Source: an uncultured Bacilli bacterium (lineage in GTDB: Bacteria > Bacillota_I > Bacilli_A > RF39 > UBA660). Taken from it: 64,000 nt of DNA. The DNA lies in the NCBI GenBank assembly GCA_947623825.1, contig CANQHQ010000002.1:10124-74123 (forward strand). The letters are read 5' to 3'. The notes below the pieces were generated by a model. That model made no database searches. It was not told the origin of the DNA and saw nothing but the letters and a program-made list of their open reading frames with translations. Below, piece after piece: positions 8,976 through 17,853 of this stretch; the stretch's first letter is position 1, and each line of letters starts with the position of its first letter. The position numbers were made by a program, and so were the translations under genes.

Positions 8976-11327
8976 ATGGACGAGTACCGGAAAGTAATGC
9001 GAATTCGTTATCATCAAAAACTTTTTGATGTTTATGTCGACGATAGGCATCGTAAGACTTTTTTAGAAGTTCGAGACGATGAAAATTTCTGTCGAAGTCT
9101 TTATCCCTATTTGGATGATTATCTTTCATTGTACGTGAAAATGAATTTTCCTTCTCATATTCTTTATTCCAAAAAATTTCGCTTTCCTAAAAAAGTCTTT
9201 TTTCGAGAAGAAAAGAAACCTACACTACGAAAAGTGGCCGGAACTTTGGGAATGGTTTTATCTTTTGAAATTTTAGGAGCGATTCTCTGTCTCAATCCTA
9301 AATTTCAAAAAAGTATGATGTCTTTTGGAACGGTTTCTTCGTTGGATGAGGAAATAGATAGGGAAATTTCTTATGATACATATGATGGTTCTATTTTTCA
9401 TATCGATGAAATCGCTTCTCTTTCTGAATTTGGAATGGAACCGGTTTCTTTTTATGAAGTACGAAAGACATTAGAAGAAAATATCAACCTTTCTCCTCGT
9501 TTTAAGGAGGAAGCCCGTCTTTTCCTTGATCGATTAGAAGAACGATTCCCACAAGTGGATCTTCGTATTTTGAATCAAAATTTAAAAAAGATGTACGATG
9601 AAATCAATCCATCTTATCCATTGAAAAGAGGAGATGGATTGATGACTGGTTCGTTTTCTCCTTCCTTGGGAAAAGTTTCTTTAGAAGAAAATTATTCTGA
9701 AATGACTGCTTTTCATGAATTGTGTCACGCCTTAAATTCTTTTATTGGAGAAATTTCTTCTTCTAGTTCTTCGGATACGTATCAGATTCATTACTTTTTC
9801 CGAAAAGATTCCTATGGAGAAAGTTTTGTGGAAAGTATGAATACGATTTTAGCGGATTATCTTTTAGCGGAAGATTGGAAGAATTATTTTACTCCTACGG
9901 AAAGAACGTATTCTTCTTATCGTAGTATTTCTTATGAAACGTATCAATTATTGAAACTATTAAAAGGGTATTCTCTTACGGATTTTGTGAATCGAAATGT
10001 GTCTTACTTCGAAGAACAATTGAAAAAAGTTCATTTAGAAGAATATATCGATTATTTAGATACTTTTTATCGTGCGGAATATACCGATATGGAAGTAGTG
10101 GATACGAAGGATTCTTTGAAAGAGGAGTTACAGCATTCTCTTTTAAAGCAAAGAATTCTTGAAGAATGTGGTGATACCGTTACGCCAACGATGGTTTATC
10201 GAATGGCAGGAGCGATTCATCTATGTGAAGACCAAAAACTTGATATTTGTAATGAAATATTAGAGGAGGATGGGCAGGTTTGGTTATTCCGAACGCCTTC
10301 TTCGCCTTTTTATGATGAGGATTCCGATTCTTATGCTTATATTTATCAGGGGGAAGAAAAGATTTTTCAAGGAAAACAGAATGATATTTATATTTACAAA
10401 AGTGTAGAAGAGAATCATACGGTTTTTCATATGGCTTATTATGAGAATGAACAAAGAAAATATTATGATTTGGTAGAAAAAAAAGAGATTGATTTTCCTT
10501 CTTCGATTCTCTATCCGATTCCGTTAAATTCCGTTTGTGGATGGTTCCATATCGATGATTCTCATTTGGATTTTAGTATGGATGTGTTAAAGGAACCTTC
10601 TTTTATCAGTTATTTGAATTCTGAAACGAGAGAGGTACGGTTATATAATCAGGATTCTTTATTGTCACGAGAAAAAGTTGATTCTTTGTATTGGTATAAA
10701 AATTTTGATTCCAAGATGCCGTATTCTTTGACTTCCTATGATTCTTTGAATGATCTTTATTGTGATTATTTTACGAAGAAACCCATTGATTATAAAAAAC
10801 TAGGACCAGTTCGTTCTTTTTGGAATACGATTTATCAGTATACAAATTTTACTTTTGAAGAAGAGGGTACTTTTTCTTCTAGTGACTCGTCTAAAACTTT
10901 AATTCAAAAAGAAAAAAACAGTTACGATTTACGAGTAGATATTCAATTATTACAGGATGTGTCTTTTCTTCATTTTTTGGATCAATGTGCCCCTATTTCG
11001 ATTAATTTTTACGATGGAAAAGAAGTCAAATACTGTTTTGATATCAATCAGATTTTCTTGTATGATGCGTCTTTACAAGGACCATCTCAAATTCGATTTG
11101 GATACTACGATTATGAATCTACTTCTGATGTTGATTTTCTAACTGGAAAACCAGTCGATGTCGATTGCCTTGGTTCCATTAAATATTTTAATGAAATCGT
11201 CGATGCAGGTAGCGAAGATTTAGAGTTTGATTTATCTTCTCTTTCGCAATATCCATTATTGGAATATTACCATTCTTCGGTAGAGGATTTTTCTCTTTCT
11301 ATTCCTAAGATCAAACAAAAAGATTAG
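8976..11327 (+). CDS. Membrane-anchored 783-aa protein with an HExxH motif (FHELCH). It is a putative zinc metallopeptidase-like protein of an unrecognised family.
   Basis: RBS AGGAGG before ATG. Single TM at about aa 88-106 (VAGTLGMVLSFEILGAILCL). HELCH is encoded at 9714-9728. Confidence 0.7.
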   Translation: MDEYRKVMRIRYHQKLFDVYVDDRHRKTFLEVRDDENFCRSLYPYLDDYLSLYVKMNFPSHILYSKKFRFPKKVFFREEKKPTLRKVAGTLGMVLSFEILGAILCLNPKFQKSMMSFGTVSSLDEEIDREISYDTYDGSIFHIDEIASLSEFGMEPVSFYEVRKTLEENINLSPRFKEEARLFLDRLEERFPQVDLRILNQNLKKMYDEINPSYPLKRGDGLMTGSFSPSLGKVSLEENYSEMTAFHELCHALNSFIGEISSSSSSDTYQIHYFFRKDSYGESFVESMNTILADYLLAEDWKNYFTPTERTYSSYRSISYETYQLLKLLKGYSLTDFVNRNVSYFEEQLKKVHLEEYIDYLDTFYRAEYTDMEVVDTKDSLKEELQHSLLKQRILEECGDTVTPTMVYRMAGAIHLCEDQKLDICNEILEEDGQVWLFRTPSSPFYDEDSDSYAYIYQGEEKIFQGKQNDIYIYKSVEENHTVFHMAYYENEQRKYYDLVEKKEIDFPSSILYPIPLNSVCGWFHIDDSHLDFSMDVLKEPSFISYLNSETREVRLYNQDSLLSREKVDSLYWYKNFDSKMPYSLTSYDSLNDLYCDYFTKKPIDYKKLGPVRSFWNTIYQYTNFTFEEEGTFSSSDSSKTLIQKEKNSYDLRVDIQLLQDVSFLHFLDQCAPISINFYDGKEVKYCFDINQIFLYDASLQGPSQIRFGYYDYESTSDVDFLTGKPVDVDCLGSIKYFNEIVDAGSEDLEFDLSSLSQYPLLEYYHSSVEDFSLSIPKIKQKD

Positions 11328-11368
11328 ATGCTTTGGAAAACATCTAATCTTTCTTTATTGATCGATTT

Positions 11369-13051
11369 TTATTTTTTTATATCGATGATGACAGGAAGAA
11401 TAATTGGTCTTCGACCGGTGACCTCTTCCGTAAAGTTGATTAGTTCACTGATTAATTTACTTTTTAGTTCATTGATTTCGTCTTTTGTATTCGTTAGGAA
11501 ATCGTTGATGATTTCGGTAGCGGTTGTTTCAATTTGTTTAATTAATTCTTCGTTTTCGTTTACCAAAATAAATCCTCTCGTTGTAATATTTGGTTTAATG
11601 AGTAATTTTCTTTTTGAAAAATCAATATTTGCGATGACAACAAGGATTCCATCGTTAGACATCATCTTTCGATCACGAATGACAACGCCACCTACTTCTC
11701 CAATTCGATTTCCATCGACGTAGACATCTTCTCCTGATACTTTTTCTCTCGACTTGGTAATGACATGATCTTTTAATGTTAAGACATCTCCATTTTCGAG
11801 AACAAAAGTATTTTCTTTCGGAATTCCACAATCAATGGCGATATTGGCATGTTTTTTCAACATCCGGTAGTCTCCATGGAACGGCATCACATATTTTGGC
11901 ATAATCAGACGAATCATGAGTTTTAGTTCTTCTTCATTCGCATGCCCTGAAGTATGCAAATCCCCATCAAATGTACTATTTGTGAATACTTGAATTCCTT
12001 TTAAATATAATTTGTTGATTGTTTTGGCAATCGATAAGGCGTTTCCTGGAATAGGGGAAGAAGAGAAAATCACAATATCATCTGGTCTAAGTGATACTTG
12101 TTTGTGTGTTCCATCTGCAATTCTAGATAAAGCAGCCAAAGGTTCTCCTTGGGAACCGGTACATAAAACAGTAACTTCTCCTGGTTTCAATGTATTGGCT
12201 ACTTCTGGAGTGATGATTAATTCTTTATGATTGATATATCCTCCATTAATTGAAATTTGGATGTTGTTTTCCATACTTCTTCCGAAAATACAAATTTTAC
12301 GATTGTGTTTGTAACAAGTTTCAAAAATGTGTTTTAGGCGATAAATATTAGAGGCGAATGTGGCAATAATGATTCGACGATTTGGATACTGATTAAAAAT
12401 ATCCATCATTGTATCATCGACTTTGGATTCGCTAATCGACATTCCTTCATTGAGGGCATTGGTCGAGTCACTAATTAATAAATCTACTCCTCTTTTTCCT
12501 AACTCAGCCATTTTATGTAAATCAGCCATCGGTCCAATCGGAGTCAAATCAAATTTAAAGTCTCCGGTTGTGACAACACTTCCATTTGGTGTTTTTAGAT
12601 ATACACCATGAGAGTCTGGAATCGAGTGAGTGGTTCTAAAAAATTCAATTTCAAAATTCTTTAATTTAATTTTTGTTTTATCATCATACGCATAAAGATG
12701 GTCATAACGAATATTTCGGTCTTCTAATTTTAAAGCAATTAATTCCTTTGCTTGATTTGGTGCGTAAATCGCAGGGATTTCCACTGTTTGAAGTAAAAAA
12801 GGAATACTTCCGATATGATCTTCGTGACCGTGCGTAATGATTAAACATTTTATTTTGGATTGATTTTCTTTTAAAAAGGTAAAATCCGGTAGAACATAGT
12901 CAATTCCTAATAGTTCTCCTTCTGGGAAACTAATTCCCGCATCGATAATAACAATTTCGTCTCCATGCATTAAACAATACATGTTTTTTCCAACTTCGCC
13001 TAAACCACCTAAAACAATAATCTTTGTTTCAATTGGTTTATTAAACTTCAT
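11369..13051 (-). CDS. rnj: Ribonuclease J (metallo-beta-lactamase/beta-CASP RNase).
   Basis: Motif IITHGHEDHIGSIPFLL. 560 aa, which fits RNase J length. Conserved N-terminus MKFNKP..TKIIVLGGLGEVGKNMY. Confidence 0.9.
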   Translation of the reverse strand: MKFNKPIETKIIVLGGLGEVGKNMYCLMHGDEIVIIDAGISFPEGELLGIDYVLPDFTFLKENQSKIKCLIITHGHEDHIGSIPFLLQTVEIPAIYAPNQAKELIALKLEDRNIRYDHLYAYDDKTKIKLKNFEIEFFRTTHSIPDSHGVYLKTPNGSVVTTGDFKFDLTPIGPMADLHKMAELGKRGVDLLISDSTNALNEGMSISESKVDDTMMDIFNQYPNRRIIIATFASNIYRLKHIFETCYKHNRKICIFGRSMENNIQISINGGYINHKELIITPEVANTLKPGEVTVLCTGSQGEPLAALSRIADGTHKQVSLRPDDIVIFSSSPIPGNALSIAKTINKLYLKGIQVFTNSTFDGDLHTSGHANEEELKLMIRLIMPKYVMPFHGDYRMLKKHANIAIDCGIPKENTFVLENGDVLTLKDHVITKSREKVSGEDVYVDGNRIGEVGGVVIRDRKMMSNDGILVVIANIDFSKRKLLIKPNITTRGFILVNENEELIKQIETTATEIINDFLTNTKDEINELKSKLISELINFTEEVTGRRPIILPVIIDIKK

Positions 13052-13204
13052 AAAGTCTCCTTTCGTTTTCTATTTTTTTTGGGTCGGAAAGAACTAACCG
13101 ATATGATTATACTAAAAAATAGAGAATTTGTCTATTCTTTTCCTATGTTAATTCCTATTTGACATGATTTATCTTACTCCGCTTGCACCGTGATAAACTC
13201 TATG

Positions 13205-13234
13205 TTGACTTTTCAAGGCGGGGGGGGGTATACT
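13205..13234 (+). promoter_or_regulatory. Promoter of the paralogous surface-protein gene: TTGACT, an 18-nt spacer containing a G9 homopolymer, then TATACT.
   Basis: TTGACT at 13205-13210, spacer tttcaaggcGGGGGGGGG, TATACT at 13229-13234. Same hexamers and spacing as the promoter at 295-324, but with the poly-G inserted. Confidence 0.55.
13220..13228 (+). repeat. Homopolymeric G9 tract inside the promoter spacer.
   Basis: Nine consecutive G directly visible. This is extremely unusual in a sequence of about 33% GC. Confidence 0.9.
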
Positions 13235-13354
13235 AAGAATAGGAGAAAACTAGGAACCGTAAAGGATGGAAGATTTGTATATTTTCTCCTGAGCGTGTTC
13301 CTTTTTTGTAGAAAAAAATGCTCCTTGTTTTTATAATGGAAGGAAGAATGTTGA

Positions 13355-16297
13355 ATGAAAAAAACGTTTCTTTGGATTCATAAAAGAATTGGAGTTCTTA
13401 CGATTGGTTTATTGGCTGTTTTCATGATTGGAATAGGGCTTTTGATGAATTCTTATGCCTTAAATGAACCTGTACCCAAGATTATTTTTTCATCCCAAAC
13501 GTTAAGTTATGAAGAGAATGATTCAGGAAGTTGGAAAGTTGACAAGAGTGCCGAATGGATTGGCGAAGGAAAAGCGAGAATTACCTTTCAAGTTGATACG
13601 GTTTTAAGAACAGGAAATCCAAATACAGATGTCATTTTAGTTCTTGATATTTCAGGGTCTATGTCGGGAAATAAATTAGAGCGCGTGAAACAGGATTCTA
13701 TCAATTTATTAGATTCCTTATTATCGAATCCTAATAATCAAGCAGCATTGATTACATTCGATACAGGATCAGTATTGGTATCGGATTTTACTAATGATAA
13801 GGACAGTTTAATAGGAGAGATAAATCATTTAGAAGCTATAGGAACTACTAATTATTATCAACCGCTTGTCCATGTAGATGAGATTTTAAAAGACTATTCC
13901 AAGAAAGAAGATACAGAGTGTGTTGTTTTATTCTTAACGGATGGATATCCGAATGAGGATATTCCGAATCAGATAGGAGAATACAAATATTTAAAAAGTG
14001 AATATTCATGGTTAAATATTCATGGAGTACAGTACGAAATGGGAGAAGAGGTTCTAGATCCTATCAAAAAAGTTAGTGATAAGCAATTTATTGCGGATAT
14101 GACTACGTTGAACAATGTCTTGTTTGATGCTTCTGTTCTACCTATTCCTTATGACAAGTTTATATTAACGGATTGGATTCATAATGAATATTTTGATTTA
14201 AAGGAGATTTCGAATATCCAACCTTCTTTTGGGGAAGTAAAGTTGGAAGATGATAACGGAGTACCCAAAGTGACATGGGATTTAAGCGGTTTAGTGGCAG
14301 GACAAGGTGCCACGTTAACGATAGATATTGATTTAAAAGGAGATTCTTACACAGGAAGTGAAATTAATCCAACCAACAAGAGTAGTGAAGTGGTTTCTCA
14401 AATAGATGGGGATAAAGAAGATGTTACAACAAAGGAAAGTCCTAGTTTAAAAACACATTATAAAGTGATTTACGATGGAAATGCCCCAAGTGGATGTAGT
14501 GTAGGTGAGGTACCTGAAGCAAAAGATTATGCTGTATACGAAACAGTCGGAAAAAGTGATGCAGTTCCTATTTGTGAAGGTTATCAATTTAAAGGATGGG
14601 AAATTGTAACAGAAGAAGTGAAACAACTGAATGGTGACTATTTTCAAATGCCTGAGAAAGATGTAACATTACGAGCAGAATGGGGAAGAATGGGATTATC
14701 GAAGTCTGTGGAAGGAGAAGTTTATGTCCAAAAAGATCCAATTCTTCAAAAAATAGATTCTGATAGTTATAATAAAGAACTTTGGAAATATAAAAATTCT
14801 ATTACGAAGATAGTCTTTGAAGGGGAACAGACGTCAAAAACAGGTTCTACAGAGGAACTTACTTGGGATATTTCAGAAGCAAAAGATTGGTCGGTACGAG
14901 GATTATTGGTACCGAATTCAGATGATTCTTCGACTTATACTGCCTATATTCAAGGCTTGGAAGGAAGAGTGATTGCGAACTCAGATAGTTCTTACTTATT
15001 TGGTAGCAAAAGTTCTTCTACGTCATTTACAAAGTTAACGGCAATTGAGGGACTAAAGTTATTGGATACAAGTCAAGTAACCGATATGGCTTTTATGTTT
15101 TGCCATTGTGAATCCTTAACCAGTGTTGGAAATATAAGTGGCTGGGACGTGAGACAAGTAACCGATATGGCTTATATGTTTAGTTATTGTTATGCCTTAA
15201 CCAGTTTAGATTTAAGTGGCTGGAACACAAGTCGAGTAAAAGGTATGAGTTATATGTTTATGTATTGTAAAGTCTTAACCAGTGTTGGAGGTATAAGTGG
15301 CTGGGACACACGTCAAGTAACTGCTATGTATTTTTTGTTTGATGGTTGTAGCGCCTTAAAAAGTTTAGATTTAAGTGGTTGGAATACAAGTCTAGTAACC
15401 AATATGGGTGGTATGTTTTCCAGTTGTTCATCCTTAACTAGTGTAGGAGATTTAAGTGGTTGGGAAACCGGCCAAGTAACCAATATGAGTTTTATGTTTG
15501 ATGATTGTGAAGTCTTAACCAGTGTAGGAGATATAAGTGCCTGGGACACACGTCGAGTAACCAATATGAGTTCTATGTTTACTCGGTGTTACGTTTTAAC
15601 TACAACGATTAGTATTTTAAGTAATTCGGTGGCTAGTTATGATTTGATGTTCTATTCTGCTGCTACTAAAAATAATGCCAAGATTACCGTTAATTATTCT
15701 AGTGAATCAGAAGCATTAGTGAATCAAATGATTGCAACAAAGTCTGATGGTTGTAATGTGGTAAAAGCAAGTAGTCCGTATGTGGCACATTCCGTAACGA
15801 TTCAAGGTAGAAATGACATTATTGCGACTCCATCAAATGGAATGATGTTTACCAGAATTACGTTAACTCCAATCAATGAGGATTATATGGTTACTTCATT
15901 TGAAATGAATGGAACGAAAATAGAAGGTAATACCTTTGTTATGCCGAATGGGAATGCCATGATTACGAATGTAACTACTGGAGTGGGAACAGTGTTTGAG
16001 TCTAACCATAATCCATATGATAATAACCTAGATGATGAGTATGAACATACCTTTGAAGGCGCTACTTCTTTGACCGTTACGTTGGAGTATCAAACGGAAG
16101 AACCGGATGAATCGATGTATGATTGGATTGCCTTGTATGATAGAACTGGAAAAGAGTATGGTAAATATGGAAGAGAAACAAAAACAACAGAAACCATCGT
16201 CATCTCAGGAGATTACGTTAAACTTTTATTTCATACGGATGAGTTTGTAGATGGTTACTATGGATTCAAAGCCACTGTGGTCCCAAATTATGAATAA
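13355..16297 (+). CDS. Paralogous surface protein of 980 aa: signal anchor, vWA (DVILVLDISGSMSG), about 7 DUF285-type repeats and one C-terminal CUB-like domain.
   Basis: N-terminal 560 aa is about 75% identical to gene 436-6342. Same repeat motif WDTRQVTxMxxMF. C-terminus YGFKATVVPNYE matches the C-terminus of the first paralog. Confidence 0.9.
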   Translation: MKKTFLWIHKRIGVLTIGLLAVFMIGIGLLMNSYALNEPVPKIIFSSQTLSYEENDSGSWKVDKSAEWIGEGKARITFQVDTVLRTGNPNTDVILVLDISGSMSGNKLERVKQDSINLLDSLLSNPNNQAALITFDTGSVLVSDFTNDKDSLIGEINHLEAIGTTNYYQPLVHVDEILKDYSKKEDTECVVLFLTDGYPNEDIPNQIGEYKYLKSEYSWLNIHGVQYEMGEEVLDPIKKVSDKQFIADMTTLNNVLFDASVLPIPYDKFILTDWIHNEYFDLKEISNIQPSFGEVKLEDDNGVPKVTWDLSGLVAGQGATLTIDIDLKGDSYTGSEINPTNKSSEVVSQIDGDKEDVTTKESPSLKTHYKVIYDGNAPSGCSVGEVPEAKDYAVYETVGKSDAVPICEGYQFKGWEIVTEEVKQLNGDYFQMPEKDVTLRAEWGRMGLSKSVEGEVYVQKDPILQKIDSDSYNKELWKYKNSITKIVFEGEQTSKTGSTEELTWDISEAKDWSVRGLLVPNSDDSSTYTAYIQGLEGRVIANSDSSYLFGSKSSSTSFTKLTAIEGLKLLDTSQVTDMAFMFCHCESLTSVGNISGWDVRQVTDMAYMFSYCYALTSLDLSGWNTSRVKGMSYMFMYCKVLTSVGGISGWDTRQVTAMYFLFDGCSALKSLDLSGWNTSLVTNMGGMFSSCSSLTSVGDLSGWETGQVTNMSFMFDDCEVLTSVGDISAWDTRRVTNMSSMFTRCYVLTTTISILSNSVASYDLMFYSAATKNNAKITVNYSSESEALVNQMIATKSDGCNVVKASSPYVAHSVTIQGRNDIIATPSNGMMFTRITLTPINEDYMVTSFEMNGTKIEGNTFVMPNGNAMITNVTTGVGTVFESNHNPYDNNLDDEYEHTFEGATSLTVTLEYQTEEPDESMYDWIALYDRTGKEYGKYGRETKTTETIVISGDYVKLLFHTDEFVDGYYGFKATVVPNYE

Positions 16298-16298
16298 A

Positions 16299-16342
16299 AA
16301 AGAAGATGATTTTACTTGGATTTCATCTTCTTTCTTTTTTTT
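16299..16342 (+). terminator. Rho-independent terminator.
   Basis: Stem AAGAAGATGA / TCATCTTCTT with a 13-nt loop, followed by a T-rich tract. Confidence 0.6.
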
Positions 16343-16441
16343 CTTGTGGAATGAATTGATAAAATTCGCAGAAAATTCCTTTGGAAAGACTAGGAAATCC
16401 TCTTTTTTTTTGGTATACTTATCTATGATACAGGAGGATTT

Positions 16442-17527
16442 ATGGGACTATTTCAAAAGATTAAAGATATGTTTAAAGGAAATACTACTTCCTTTGATGA
16501 TAAAAATGAGATTCCAGTACAAGAAAAAGAAGAAGAAATAGGGGAAAACGAAGAAGAAAATGTCGAAATTGAGGAAGAACAGGAAACAGTTTCTCCTAAG
16601 AAGGAAGTCAAAATTTATGAGAAAGGACTTACGAAAAGTAGGAAGGGATTCGTTTCTAATTTAATGAGTTTAACGAGTCGCTATTCCAAGGTGAATGAGG
16701 AATATTTTGACGAGTTAGAAGAAATTTTGATTATGGCAGATATCGGAGTTCATACCGTGATGTCTTTTATGGATCGATTACGTGATAGGGTACGGAAGGA
16801 AAAAATAGAAAATCCGGAAGATTTGAGAGAAATCATTGTCGATGAATTATTCATTATTTATGTTGATGATTCTATTATGACAAACAAGATTCATTATGCG
16901 GAAAGTGGACCGACGGTTTTACTTTTTGTTGGAGTGAATGGAGTAGGGAAAACGACCACCATTGCCAAACTTGCATGGAAATTGAAAGAAGAAGGAAAAA
17001 AAGTTTTATTGGTAGCGGGGGATACCTTTCGTGCGGGTGCGACGAAACAATTAGAAGAGTGGAGTCAAAAAGTAGGGGTCGATTTCGTTGGAAAAGAAGA
17101 AGGTGCGGATCCGGCATCGGTTGTCTTTGATGGATTGAAGAAAGCTAAAGCAGAAGATTATGATGTCGTTTTTATCGATACAGCAGGTCGATTACAAAAC
17201 CGTGTGAATTTAATGAATGAACTAGAAAAAATCAATCGTGTGATTGCACGGGAAGTAGAGGGTGCTCCTCATGAAACGCTTTTGGTACTGGATGCCACAA
17301 CGGGACAAAATGGAATTAGTCAAGCGAAAAAGTTTAAAGAAATTACGAATGTTACTGGAATTGTCTTGACGAAGTTGGATGGTACTGCCAAAGGAGGAAT
17401 TGTGCTTGCGATTAAAGAAGAAGTACAACTTCCGGTTAAGTATATTGGTTTAGGAGAAAGAAAAGAAGATTTACAACCGTTTGATATAGAAAAGTATATT
17501 TATGGACTTTTTAAAGACATGATGTAG
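16442..17527 (+). CDS. ftsY: Signal recognition particle receptor FtsY.
   Basis: SRP GTPase motifs GVNGVGKTTTIAKLA and DTAGR. Acidic N-terminal region. RBS CAGGAGG. Confidence 0.9.
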   Translation: MGLFQKIKDMFKGNTTSFDDKNEIPVQEKEEEIGENEEENVEIEEEQETVSPKKEVKIYEKGLTKSRKGFVSNLMSLTSRYSKVNEEYFDELEEILIMADIGVHTVMSFMDRLRDRVRKEKIENPEDLREIIVDELFIIYVDDSIMTNKIHYAESGPTVLLFVGVNGVGKTTTIAKLAWKLKEEGKKVLLVAGDTFRAGATKQLEEWSQKVGVDFVGKEEGADPASVVFDGLKKAKAEDYDVVFIDTAGRLQNRVNLMNELEKINRVIAREVEGAPHETLLVLDATTGQNGISQAKKFKEITNVTGIVLTKLDGTAKGGIVLAIKEEVQLPVKYIGLGERKEDLQPFDIEKYIYGLFKDMM

Positions 17528-17535
17528 GTGAGATT

Positions 17536-17826
17536 GTGGATAGAAAATTTTATTATAACCAATTGTATGATTACTACGGCACTCTATTTACAGAGAAACA
17601 GAGAGCGTATTTTGAAGATTATTACTTTCGTGATTTATCTTTAGGAGAAATTGCCGAGAATAATGATGTTAGTCGAAATGCAGTTCATGGACAAATTAAA
17701 ATTGTGGAAGAAAAACTAGAATATTATGAGGAACATTTAAAACTCTGTGAAAAAGCAGAAAAAATCCGACATCTTCTTTCCTCTGTCGATGAAGATGTTC
17801 GTGAAAAAATAGAAGATTTACTTTAA
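17536..17826 (+). CDS. ylxM: YlxM/UPF0122 family putative DNA-binding protein, the SRP-operon HTH protein, with a GTG start.
   Basis: 96 aa. LF.EKQR.YFEDYYF.DLSLGEIAE...VSRNAV..QIK matches the YlxM consensus. It sits between ftsY and ffh as in Bacillus. Confidence 0.7.
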   Translation: MDRKFYYNQLYDYYGTLFTEKQRAYFEDYYFRDLSLGEIAENNDVSRNAVHGQIKIVEEKLEYYEEHLKLCEKAEKIRHLLSSVDEDVREKIEDLL

Positions 17827-17853
17827 TAAAAAAGAAGAAAAGGGGAAGGAAAT

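Noticed and set aside
11328-11723. 131-aa plus-strand ORF overlapping the 3' end of rnj.
   Set aside because: It lies entirely antisense to the strongly supported RNase J gene, with a hydrophobic low-complexity translation.
16402-16421. T9 tract adjacent to a TGgTATACT extended -10 upstream of ftsY.
   Set aside because: Poly-T runs of this length are common in this AT-rich sequence, and no clear -35 was found. There is not enough evidence to call a variable promoter.
16251-16541. 96-aa ORF spanning the terminator of the paralog and the ftsY start.
   Set aside because: It runs through a rho-independent terminator and a poly-T tract, has no RBS, and overlaps the well-supported ftsY start.
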